This document shows positions 52,763-63,600 of a stretch of 64,000 nt of DNA, one piece after another. The DNA lies in the NCBI GenBank assembly GCA_963786955.1, contig CAWBAT010000009.1, positions 96,001 to 160,000 on the forward strand, read 5' to 3'. The translations under genes and the position numbers were made by a program. The notes under the pieces were generated by a model, which searched no databases, was not told where the DNA came from, and saw only the letters and a list, made by a program, of their open reading frames with translations. Positions within the stretch are counted from its first letter, which is position 1. Every line of letters starts with the position of its first letter. The DNA comes from an uncultured Acidimicrobiia bacterium. Its GTDB lineage: Bacteria > Acidobacteriota > Terriglobia > Versatilivoradales > Versatilivoraceae.

Positions 52763-54980
52763 TTATCGTGCATTCCAAGAGGATCCCCACGGAATCCTGG
52801 GACCAATCTTCGTCGCGTCGATTGGCACGAAGCCGAGCTTGAATGCCGGGGAATCTGTTTTCAAACGATAATCATCTTTGGCCATACCTAAAAAGAGCGG
52901 GTCGCCGATTACAGAATCCTTGTCATAACCTTGCTTCTGCCACTCAACGAGTGAGGAGCTCTTCACCAGATTTGAAACGTCGCGGGTGTATTGAATCATG
53001 TATTTCCCGTTTTCTTTCTGAAAGTAGAGATTCCCTTCCGATTTCAACAAAGTGCGATCGGTCCACCCGGAATCGAGACTATAGAGGACTGCCGAAGGGT
53101 CATCCTGATAGAAAATGTTGTGGGTAAGATAGTTTCCCGTCATGAAACCTTCCATCGCCTTGTAGAAACCTTTTCCTTGGACAAGCGTGACCAGGTCCTG
53201 AAAGCGCACGTTGGTCCGGCAATCCACAAGAACATTATTTTCAATCAAATTGTTTTTTCCCGCATGCACCAGGACACCCGTCTGAGCGCGCGCAACGAAT
53301 GTTTCCATGTATCAGGCAGTTACTCGAGTAGTTATCCAGATAAATTGCGCTGCTGAATCCCAACTCTTTCCCCACTTTCCCGTTGGCCGCTTGGAAGCTA
53401 AAGGTATCCAGAATCATGTTGTACCGGATGACATGTCCATCTCTCTCCGCATCCTTCTTAGCGATTTCCTCCATCCACATATTGATTGCGGCAGTATCGG
53501 CAATCTCCAGGCAGGCATAACGAATTAAGTTGTATTCCACGAAGTTCCGCCCTGACGGGTTATTCCCCAGGTTGACCGCATGATGGGGAACAAATTCAAT
53601 TCGGTTATGACTAATGATGTTGCCATCACTCATCCCGGCGAAAATTCCAGCCACATATTTGTTCAATACCCCAACATGGTGGATGAAATTGTCAGAAATT
53701 TCGTTGAACAGAGGATGCATCAATTTTGAGCCGAGCAGGCAGATACCATCGGCACCAGGATAACTGATCTCATTCTCGCGGACCACATTGCGATAGTTGT
53801 GGCCCTCCAGATAGATCGCATTGCATCCGACAGCGTCAAAATGGTTGCGCTGAATCGTACAATTCTGGGCTCCCTTCATGTGCAAGGCATCGCCACCATA
53901 CTGCAGGCCCGGCCGAGGAAACATCGGTCCGGTACCCTCCACCCCTTCGTGTTGATAGTTGTCACCGTCTTTCGTCTCGGTAAAGGTGAATCCAGAGAAT
54001 CGCAGCCACGAAGCTCCTTGAATATCTACCAGGCAATCCAGCGCCGGGACCACGATTTGGTCGGACGCTTTCAAATTCCCGGCTGGAGGCCAGAAATAGA
54101 GCAGTCCATCTTCCGAGTCCAGGCACCACTCCCCTGGCTGATCCAACTCTTCCAGCATGTTTTCCAGGAAGAAGGCGTTCCCGGGGGAAAACGGAACCGG
54201 GGGATAATACCAGGGTGCCAAGTCAAACTGCATTCCCGGTCGGACAAGTGTAATCGAATCGTCTTGTTCATTGACCGACAAGATTGGAACAGTACTCCTC
54301 CAGGAACCCCACCCACCTTGGTAAAAATTCACTTCCCCCTCACTCGGCTTGGTCCAATGATGCGGAAAACTGCCTGTCTTATATTTAAAAGTCGTACTGC
54401 TCAGTTTTTCAGGGGGTCCTTCTACGAAGCCCCAGCCTCCATACATAGGGTCACTGGGGTCAAGGTTGGGAGTCCTCGCCCGGATCTGCCGCAGGCCATT
54501 CAAGAAGAGTTGACGCGACTTCCATTTTCCCCCTCTGGCACCCGGCAATGTTGCCTGAAGAATTTTTCCCTGGTAGGACTTCCACCCCGTAACTTTTCGC
54601 CCACCGCTGAGAATTGGCTTCTCCCCTGGGTAGGCTTGATAAATGGTCGGGAACTCTCTGGTTCCTGAATCTTCGGCTGTAAATACGATTGTCCGGTCCA
54701 GATAATATTTGCCGCCCCGGACCATTACGGTAACTGATTCCTTGAAACCTTGTTCCGATTTGAGCTTGCGGATGACATCGCGGGCCCTTTCCAGGGTAGC
54801 AAAAGGACCATCACTATCGGCTGCGTTCGGCACTTCAAGTGTTCCGGACCAGCGGTCATTGCCATTGGGGGCTACGTACCACGTCACCGCCAAAGCTGGC
54901 GCGGCCTTCGCGGTGATAAGACTTATCAAACAAAAAAAGGGTGTTAAGAATGTGTGGATCAGTTTAGCGCGATTCAACAA
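52763..54980 (-). pseudogene. Secreted right-handed parallel beta-helix protein, split by a +1 frameshift near 53298
   Basis: YVAPNGND...DGPFATLERA, LDQPGEW, IYLDNYSS. NCLIHGNI joins VARAQTGVLVH...DPLF...DSPAFKLGF if one base is removed. Confidence 0.85.
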
Positions 54981-55033
54981 ACAAACCTCCTGAGGCGGAA
55001 CTAGATGTCTCGTTCGCCTTATGGTGGACGAAG

Positions 55034-55324
55034 CCGCCTCGTAGAACTCGGCCCTCCAAGATGAATATCACCCACTGGAGGGCAGAGCTCTGTGACCCCG
55101 CTGTTTCTGCGGCGCAAGTGACCCGCAGGTCGCTCCTAACGGAGCTAAGGGGTTTAACCTACAATTTCTGCTATAAACAGGTCGCCGCTACGCGGTTCTC
55201 TTCTAAATGCACTGGCACTGTTCTGAATAATAGTGCTTACGTTCCGGCTTCGCTAGGAGCCTCCTGTTGATAGTCCCCAATCGCAAAGGTTCGATTAAGC
55301 TCCAGAGGAGCGACCCGTGAATAG
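55034..55324. repeat. Cluster of palindromic REP-like repeats
   Basis: CAGGTCGCTCCTAACGGAGCT-type copies at about 55126 and 55171, inverted at about 55247 and 55298; GGAGGGC-type pair at 55034-55100. Confidence 0.7.
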
Positions 55325-55468
55325 CGCGTGTCCCCAGCGGAAAGAGGCGTACTGTCCGGCACAGCCCTCAGCACGCTCCGAATCAAAATCGGTTCATCCC
55401 CCGGTACCATGCTCGTTCGCTACCGCAAAACAGAGCTCAAGTGAGTCGCGCTCGGTCTCATTGAAAGA

Positions 55469-58057
55469 CTATTTGATCTGCTTATAAATCAGAATTGCCG
55501 CCGCAGGTTTTTCTTTCAACCTAACCAACAGGCCACTTTCCATAAGTTCCTGCCCGGCCACTTCGCGGGGGATGGGCTCATCCAGGTCGGTTACAACGTA
55601 CCGGGCCACGGGCTCCAGTCCACGGAGTCTGAAACGGGCTGACTCGTATGGGCTTGCGGATCGTCGGAAAGCTTGCACCATTCCGTCTCCCCTGCGAAAG
55701 CTATCAAACTGCCACGCGATCCAATCTTCCGTTGAAGTGCTGTAGCTCGTGAGTGGATAAAAGTCGCCTTCATAAAAATCAGAAACCTGACGCCACTGGG
55801 AGACAAAGCGGCGAAGCTGTGACTGATCCACGTCTTTGCGACCTGGATCCCACGCCGTCACGATCGCAGGGGCCATCTGGCTGCGAAATGTGTACGCATC
55901 GAACGAGTTAATCCCGGTTCCAAAGTACGGGATCCACAACGCGATTCCATAAGTGAGTTGTTGCATGCCGGCCGGTTCATAGGCGTAGTCACTGCGCCAG
56001 AGTGGCACGGCTCTTCTTAAGGTCTCAAGATCATTTCGACGCCCGCCCGAAGCACAGGTATCAATGAGGAGATTCGGGTGGCGTCGTCGGAGCTCATCCC
56101 AAAAGGCCAGGTATCCTGTGACGTGTTTGATTTCTGTGATGCCTTGCCGGTCTTCAGCGTCGTTCTCCCTCCAATACGGAAGGGGATCAAAGTTGAAATC
56201 CTGCCGATATAGATCGATCCCCTGTTCGATGATCATTTTGTCAACTTGATTGACCAACCAGTTCCAGGCCTCAGGATTACCCAGATTCAAGAGTCTGTTT
56301 CCACCGCTTCGTCCGAGCAGCCACTCCGGATGTGTCTCAAAAATCCAGCTGCCTTGCGTTACCCGTTCCGGCTCAAACCAAACGATGATTTTTATTCCTT
56401 TTTCATGGGCATGCACGGTGACGGGTTGGAACCCACGCGGAAATCGCTTTGTGTCCAACTCCCAGGTGCCGACGTTCCACCACGCCTCTTTGAACGAATA
56501 CCATCCGGCATCCATCCACCAATAATCGATGTTCAATCCTGCCGCAAGGTAACGATCGATGAACGCGATCTGGTTCTCTTCCGTGGATCCTTGCATCTCA
56601 ATGTCCTGGCGGCCACTGCTTGCCGCCCACTGCGGCGGCGGTAATTTTCCGTCAGGGCGAGGAAGGTTGTGAGCGTTCATCCAACGACGCCAGATGTTTT
56701 GCCCGTGAATCCAGTCACCCTCCCAAAACAACAACACGACTAGCGGACCGCGAACCTCCTCGCCTGGCAGCAACTTGAAATGCGTCAACTCTTGACCGGC
56801 CCGCATTCGCAAGCCAGTCCCTTCGTCGCGTGTAAATTGTGCGGCCCACTGCCCCGGCCATCCCAGGCCGATGATTACTCCTTGCCCTGACCATTGCAGA
56901 TTAAAGTAACAGAGGTCGCTATTCGTCGGTCGCCCTCCAGCCGCGGCAATTCGCTTTTCGGCTTTATGTTCAAGTTTGGTTTCCAAGGGTTGGTAGTCTG
57001 TGGGGGAATTGGGTGTACCTCGACTGTGATGTAAAACAAATTCTTCATTTAAATTCCGCTCAAATCGGGTATCGAGCGCTTGGATGTTTTCGAGAATAGG
57101 TGTCGTTGCCGAACTGTTATTCTTGAAAAAGAGTGTCCATTCAACCACGGGGAAGTCATCATAGGCAATTCCTACACAACGAACGACTAACCCAGTCTTC
57201 GGGTCCGTGTATGTGAGTGTGTGTTCGATACGGAAGTTGTCCAGACGAAGCACACTTCTCTTGAGTTCCCAGGTTTTCAACAACTCCGCCGAAGGTTGGT
57301 TTCCGTATCGAAACGAGAAAGGAACTTCAGAAGTAAATGGCTCTGGAAGGGGCCCCACAGGAAGGTCTTTAAGATGAATCGTGTTCCCGTTTACAAGAAC
57401 CACCTCCGCTTCAGCCCAATCCGCTTGATTAAAATCATTTCCAAATACAATACCGTCGCCAGCGTCCGTCAGCCGGAGAGTAAATTCAGTAGCCCCAGCA
57501 AGATCAACGTTCACAGCAATTCCTGCTATCCCTTCCCGAAGCACGACCGACCGAAATCTCTCTTCTCCGCCCACTTCAACCGAAGCAGTGAGGCTTCCGC
57601 GACCTTCGTTTGCATAATAGCCGACATCATTGCTGTCGACCCCGACGACGGCATGAAATGCTTTGCCTGCGCTCGGTAAGTGCACCTCTAGTTTTCCTAT
57701 AGAAGGACAATGGAGTCCGTGCTGGTAGACTTTGTCTCTGATGCGCAGGGGATGACCCGCAACGTTGTCCCGTTGGATCGAACCGCTTTTCAAATATACG
57801 CTCAAATAGGCCTGGGCCGGCTCCGGCTCTGGCCGTCCCGAGAATTTCGCTGCTACCCATCGCTTAGCGATGGGGATTTCGTCGCTAGCAGGCGACTTTG
57901 CGTAAGTTATGAAGGCGTTAAGATTCGAAAATACAAGAACACCAAAAAGAATTGGGAGAGAAAGCCCCTTTGCCGGGCCTCTCGGCAGGCTATTCCCTGA
58001 CTGCAGACCCTTTGACCCTGTTTTGCGCCGGTGCCAGAACTGTTCATGCGAGATCAT
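55469..58057 (-). CDS. Alpha-galactosidase (GH36-like) with N-terminal NPCBM domain
   Basis: FHAVVGVD...ADWAEA (NPCBM); WWMDAGW, WFEPE, YRQDFN, CASGGRR, WRSD. Confidence 0.88.
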   Translation of the reverse strand: MISHEQFWHRRKTGSKGLQSGNSLPRGPAKGLSLPILFGVLVFSNLNAFITYAKSPASDEIPIAKRWVAAKFSGRPEPEPAQAYLSVYLKSGSIQRDNVAGHPLRIRDKVYQHGLHCPSIGKLEVHLPSAGKAFHAVVGVDSNDVGYYANEGRGSLTASVEVGGEERFRSVVLREGIAGIAVNVDLAGATEFTLRLTDAGDGIVFGNDFNQADWAEAEVVLVNGNTIHLKDLPVGPLPEPFTSEVPFSFRYGNQPSAELLKTWELKRSVLRLDNFRIEHTLTYTDPKTGLVVRCVGIAYDDFPVVEWTLFFKNNSSATTPILENIQALDTRFERNLNEEFVLHHSRGTPNSPTDYQPLETKLEHKAEKRIAAAGGRPTNSDLCYFNLQWSGQGVIIGLGWPGQWAAQFTRDEGTGLRMRAGQELTHFKLLPGEEVRGPLVVLLFWEGDWIHGQNIWRRWMNAHNLPRPDGKLPPPQWAASSGRQDIEMQGSTEENQIAFIDRYLAAGLNIDYWWMDAGWYSFKEAWWNVGTWELDTKRFPRGFQPVTVHAHEKGIKIIVWFEPERVTQGSWIFETHPEWLLGRSGGNRLLNLGNPEAWNWLVNQVDKMIIEQGIDLYRQDFNFDPLPYWRENDAEDRQGITEIKHVTGYLAFWDELRRRHPNLLIDTCASGGRRNDLETLRRAVPLWRSDYAYEPAGMQQLTYGIALWIPYFGTGINSFDAYTFRSQMAPAIVTAWDPGRKDVDQSQLRRFVSQWRQVSDFYEGDFYPLTSYSTSTEDWIAWQFDSFRRGDGMVQAFRRSASPYESARFRLRGLEPVARYVVTDLDEPIPREVAGQELMESGLLVRLKEKPAAAILIYKQIK

Positions 58058-58346
58058 TGTTTGCCTCCTTCTGAGCGGATTTCCAGGATCTCCACCTTGT
58101 TGCTCTCTGGGAAAGCTACCGTAATGCCGCGCGGGAATCAGTGCCGGAGTATGCGCCAGCTAGCCGGTCTGTGATCACGGATCTAAGAGGCGATCATTCA
58201 CCACGACCCTGAAGTAGTGACCAATTGACCGCGTTTTAGGAAACGGACGCTATTCCGTTCCTGGTTGATTGATAAATTCATTGGATTCCCGTCCCGCGTG
58301 GCAAGGGGGAACGCTACGGCGAGCGTTCCCTATAAAACACGAATCT

Positions 58347-58556
58347 TCATGTCTTTTCCGACACTGCTGATTTGTCAGGCCTTGTCTTTTCCTTCGTCGC
58401 CCATACTGTGGCAAAGAAGATGTAGGAAATAGATCCCAGCAAAAATAACTGTTTGTAGTTCGCCATGCTCGTCTTCCCCAGGAAGACCAGCACGGCCGAG
58501 GCAAGACAAAAGAACAGGCTGGCAATGGAAATGAGTAAGCAGACAAGTCTCAACAT
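58347..58556 (-). CDS. Small two-helix membrane protein (69 aa)
   Basis: AAGGAG RBS then MLRLVCLL...; two hydrophobic segments; directly after the permease. Confidence 0.65.
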   Translation of the reverse strand: MLRLVCLLISIASLFFCLASAVLVFLGKTSMANYKQLFLLGSISYIFFATVWATKEKTRPDKSAVSEKT

Positions 58557-58572
58557 CGTGTTGCTCCTTTCT

Positions 58573-59967
58573 TCATGAGAGTGATCGAGTGAGTTTTGCA
58601 ATCCGATTTCGCTTGAGGCCCACTTCGATCGCAATGTAGGAGACCAGTGCGAATCCGTACCCAGGCAGCCAACGATAGAACAAATGAAGTGGCATGACGG
58701 CACAAGCCGCCAAAGTCCCAACCCACACCAGGAGCACCGACCAGCGGATCGAGATTCCGTACTTTTCTGCGACATATTGTTCCAGACCAAGTTTGGGGAA
58801 TATCCAGTGCTCCGCAAAAACAATAGCGCCTACAGGCATGAGCACCAATCCGTAGAGGGCAACAAAGTCCAATAGCTTCAAAAAAAAGACTGGGAAGCAG
58901 GCCAGGAAGGTGGTGATGAGGCCGGCAAGCAAAGTAACTTTCCAGCGCGACCAACTGGGGATGATGCACTGGAAGGCCATCCCTGCACGGTAAAGAGTCG
59001 GATTAGCCGTTGTCCACCCTGCGAGGAGGACTGCGACGGCCCCGGATATCCCTAGAGCTTCGACTGCCATCAGGCCGGGATTCATTTCACGGTTGACAGC
59101 CACGACCATGACACCCGAACAAATCCAAGCTAGATAGTGTCCCAGATACATTCCAAAGGCCGAATAGAGTCCGTAGGACCAATGCCTGGCAAACCGGAAT
59201 AAGGCCAAATCGGAAAGTCCCACATGCATTGCGAGATTACAGAACCAGGCGAAAAACAAGACATGCCATAGTCCAAATTTCTCCTGACCCGCTGTCGGAA
59301 CCCCGGTCCAGATTTTTGTTTGCGCGATCTGCCACAAGTTGTCCAGATTGGGATGAACGCCCAGTCTCGGCAGTGTTGCGATGGCTCCTGCTGCAAAGGC
59401 CACGAAGATCCAGGGAGAACAAACCCCTCCAAACCGGCTCAGCGTTTTGAAACCCAGGATGGCCAGAAGGGTGAAGGCCATTCCGATGACGAAAGTAGTG
59501 AGGATCCACCCCAAGCTGTGAGGCAGAACATCATTTAGAGCCGGCGCCGGAATCCCCAGAGTGATCCCGACCGCCGTCGCAGAAACAGAGATCATCGCTC
59601 CGGCAAGGATACAAAACAAGACTCCATTGGCAATGTTGTAGATCAGAGTCAGCCCTGGACCTGCAATCCTCCTAAGGTACCAATACAACGTGAGTCGTGT
59701 GTCCGTCGCAATTGGAGCGCAGATAAAAGTCCAAGAAAGGACGGCCAGGAGATTTCCAAGAAATAGTCCCAAGAACAAGTCTAGAGCTCTAACACCATGC
59801 AAAACGAAATACGCTCCAATGACAAACTCCGTGCCGGCCACATGTTCCCCCGCCAACAGCCCCGCGTAATATCGACCCGGTTGAAGCTTTTCGGGGGGGA
59901 TGGGCTCCCGTTCGTATTCATAGAGCTGGTCCATCGTATTCGTGAGTTTCGTAATTGCCCTGGCCAT
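58573..59967 (-). CDS. Purine-cytosine permease (NCS1)-like transporter
   Basis: About 12 hydrophobic segments, GEHVAGTEFVIG, GWTTANPTLY; AAGGAG RBS. Confidence 0.78.
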   Translation of the reverse strand: MARAITKLTNTMDQLYEYEREPIPPEKLQPGRYYAGLLAGEHVAGTEFVIGAYFVLHGVRALDLFLGLFLGNLLAVLSWTFICAPIATDTRLTLYWYLRRIAGPGLTLIYNIANGVLFCILAGAMISVSATAVGITLGIPAPALNDVLPHSLGWILTTFVIGMAFTLLAILGFKTLSRFGGVCSPWIFVAFAAGAIATLPRLGVHPNLDNLWQIAQTKIWTGVPTAGQEKFGLWHVLFFAWFCNLAMHVGLSDLALFRFARHWSYGLYSAFGMYLGHYLAWICSGVMVVAVNREMNPGLMAVEALGISGAVAVLLAGWTTANPTLYRAGMAFQCIIPSWSRWKVTLLAGLITTFLACFPVFFLKLLDFVALYGLVLMPVGAIVFAEHWIFPKLGLEQYVAEKYGISIRWSVLLVWVGTLAACAVMPLHLFYRWLPGYGFALVSYIAIEVGLKRNRIAKLTRSLS

Positions 59968-60622
59968 TTTTCTCCTTTCTCTACGAGGAGCCTTGAAGGG
60001 GTGAGATCGATCGACAGAAACTTCAATTCCTTACCCTGTCCTGGCACACGTCAGCCATACTTGATGATTGAGGGATGATTGGAATTCTTCCAAAATTGAA
60101 TTTTTCAACCTGTTTCGGCAGTAAGGACTTATCAGAGGGAGTATTCTCCTCTACTGGACAGAGTAAGGATAATCTTGAAACAAACTATACTCGGTCTGCG
60201 AGTCCTGAGTCAAAAAAACGGGTATTCTGTTCTTGCTTTTCAAGCGATACCACTTTTTGATAGCGTGTCACTAAGGGATCAGTGGGATTTCCCATCTTCC
60301 CCCTTTTCCAGGAGAATTTGCATTCTCTTGAGAGTTGTCGATTGCAAACCGGGTCCCTTGATGCACTGTGATTCTCTTGTGCCGAGCGCCGTCTGAGGGC
60401 AGCCGGTCTGCAAGAAGAGCGGACTTCTCAACAGGCTTTGCAGTCGGGTCGCCTGACCCAATCTGATTTACTCTTCCTTCAACCACCAAGCGAGGCTGGG
60501 GTTTAAGAATGCCTCAAACTGATCCATCAGCAATATAGAAACCAATTTTCTTCTCTTCCCGAGATTGCAGCGAAGGCACTCTCCGGTCGAGAATAAGAAC
60601 CTCTTAAAAAGGAGACGTTCTC

Positions 60623-63600
60623 ATGACATTCATCTACAACCGAAGATGGTTTCTGAGGAACTCCGCTTTATGGGCTTTGGCGGCACCCACTCTTCCCGGC
60701 ATAAGTACTCCATACCCCTTGATTCAAGCTGGTCAAGTTGGAGTTGAGCCGGCAGGAATGCTCGCGCACGCGTTTCTGGATCCGCCGGAAGCCGCCTGGC
60801 CGTGGGTTTACTGGGTCATCACCGATGGGACCCTCACCCGTGAAGGCATCACGGCAGACCTCGAAGCGATGCGCAGGGTGGGCATTCGCGGAGTCTTGTA
60901 TTTGGAGGTGGATCTGTTTGTGCCGAAGGGACCCGTGCGCTTTTTGAGCCCTCAATGGCGAGAGTTGATCCAGCATACTGTGAAGGAAGCCACACGTCTC
61001 GGCATCACCATCAGTATGAACAACGATGGAGGTTACACCGGCAGCGGCGGTCCTTGGATAACCCCGGAATTATCGATGCAGGTCATGGTCTGGAGTGAGA
61101 CGGCTATAATCGGTCCGAAGCGCTTCTCCGAAGTACTGGCACAACCAAAAGCTGTCCAAAGCTACTATAAAGACATTGCCGTGCTGGCTTTCCCCACACC
61201 CCCGGCAGAAGGCGAGGGAATGGCCGCACGATCTCCCAAAATGACCTATGGACTCGACCGGAAGAGCTTTAATGCTGCCGGGCTAATCAGCGGCGATCCC
61301 GCCGCAGTGACGCTGCTGCCGCCGGTCCAAGAAGGACAGTCGCAGATCTTGAATATTGACTTCCCTGAACCCTTCACGGCTCAAGCGCTGACGATCGCGT
61401 TGGATCCTTGGAACTCCGAAATAACCGGTACGCTAGAAGCTTCCGACGATGGCCAACACTTCGAGACAATCCGCCCGTTCAGGTTGCGTTGGCCCCGTTC
61501 GTCGGTCAATTTTCTTAAGGTAACCGCTCGCTATTACCGGATTATCATGAAAGGCCCTTCAGAGGAGGTCGATTGGCTTTTCCGAACGTTTGCTAAGGGG
61601 TTTCCACTCAACGAAGTCGAGCTTCATCCCGACTTACGCCTTGAAGACATACCTGGGAAAGCTGCCTACATGCGCCAAGAGGTATTTTCCGGAGAGCCTG
61701 CGATAACGGCCGAGATGGCCGTTCAACGAAACCAAATTCTAGATCTGAGTAGCAAGTTAGACGGTGAGGGTCGTCTCAGCTGGGATGTTCCTGCCGGCAA
61801 TTGGACGGTGCTTCGAATCGGGCATACGTCCACGGGAAAAATGAATCATCCGGCACCAGAAGAAAGCCTCGGCCTGGAGTGCGATAAGCTCAGTAAGAAG
61901 GCCATCGAGGTGCACTTCGCCGAATTGATGGGCAAACTGCTGGATGACCAGGCGGCCATTCACGGGACAGCTTTGAAAATGACCCATATCGATAGCTGGG
62001 AGACGGGTGCGCAGAACTGGACGCCAGGGTTCCGGGAAGAATTCCGAAAGAAATGCGGGTATGATCTGCTCCCGTATTTGCCTGTCCTCACGGGTCGGGC
62101 AGTTGGAAGCCGGGAGGTATCAGAACGATTCCTGTGGGACTTACGGCACACGATTGCCGATCTTCTGCTGGAGAACTACGCCGGACATTTGAGGGAGATT
62201 AGCCACCAGCATGGGCTGACTTTGTCCATCGAAGCCTACGGTGGTGGCCCATTCGACGACGTTGCCTATGCCGGCTACGCCGACTTGCCGATGTGTGAAT
62301 TCTGGTCCGGAAAGCCCTTTTGGTGGGATCTGTTGATGGGCTGGTGCAAGGCCATGGCTTCGGCTGCGCATATTTCCGGCCGGCCTATTGTTGCAGCCGA
62401 GTCGTATACCGCCGAACCTGAAAGTGCAAAGTGGCAAGCTCATCCATTCCGGATGAAGCCGCTCGGAGACATGGCTTTCACGCTTGGGGTCAACCGCTTT
62501 GTCTTCCACCGCTATTGCATGCAGCCGTGGACTGACCGGCTGCCCGGCATGACGTTTGGACCGTTTGGTGTTCATTACGAACGAACTAACACCTGGTGGG
62601 AACTGTCGCGTCCGTGGCATACCTATCTTGCGCGGTGCCAAACCCTCTTGCAGAGCGGCCAATTTGTTGCCGATGTGGCCTATCTCGGCAGCGAAAATTC
62701 GCCAAACTCGTTTCCAAGTCGGGAAGCAATGGATCCCCCCATCCCATCCGGTTATGACTTTGACGATATACCTCCTGCGGTTTTATTGACACAAATGACA
62801 TGGAGTGGTGGACGATTCCTTCTGCCGAGCGGGATGAGCTACAGGATACTCGTTTTGCCTCCGGGACGGACGATGACGCCTGCTCTGCTTGGAAAGATCA
62901 AGGAACTCGTGCTTGTGGGGGCAACGGTCGTCGGGCCACGTCCCGCAAATTCCCCAAGCCTGACCGACTATCCAACCTGTGACGCCGAAGTCCAACAATT
63001 GGCTGCAGAGTTGTGGGGCGACTGCGATGGCGTGAGCATCACCGAGAACCGTTACGGCAAAGGCAAAATCGTGTGGGGAAAACCTCTCACGGAAGTCCTG
63101 TCGGGATTGAGTGTGAGACCCGACTTTTCAGCTCTCGATGTGAAAGTGGGAGAGGACATTCGCACCATTCATCGCCAGGTTGATGGCAACGACCTTTATT
63201 TTGTTGCCAGTGGACTTCCGGAAGCCCGGAGATTTCTGTGCTCCTTCCGCGTCACAGGAAAGCGGCCGGAGCTGTGGTGGCCGGATACGGGGCGGATGGA
63301 ACCGGTGGCAGTTTTCGACGAACGCAACGAGAGCACGGTCATTCCTCTATCACTCGATCCTTATGGATCTGTCTTTGTCGTTTTTCGAACGGACGAAAAG
63401 CCTACGCCAGACCGGGTGATTTCTCTGCGCCGAAACGGCGTGGAGCTGTCAGGACTTGCTCCCACGCCTGCTCCGGAAATTCAGCTCCGGCATGAACCCG
63501 TTTCCGTTAGCGTGAACCCTGGTGATGCGACAGGATTTCACATCGAAGTAGCAAACCCTGGGAATTACGAGCTGAAGACCTTTGGCGGCCGCAGACTTAG

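Noticed and set aside
60565-63495. Many short ORFs listed at the right end
   Set aside because: They are shadows of the long GH106 frame starting at 60623, which the track omits because it has no stop within the window.
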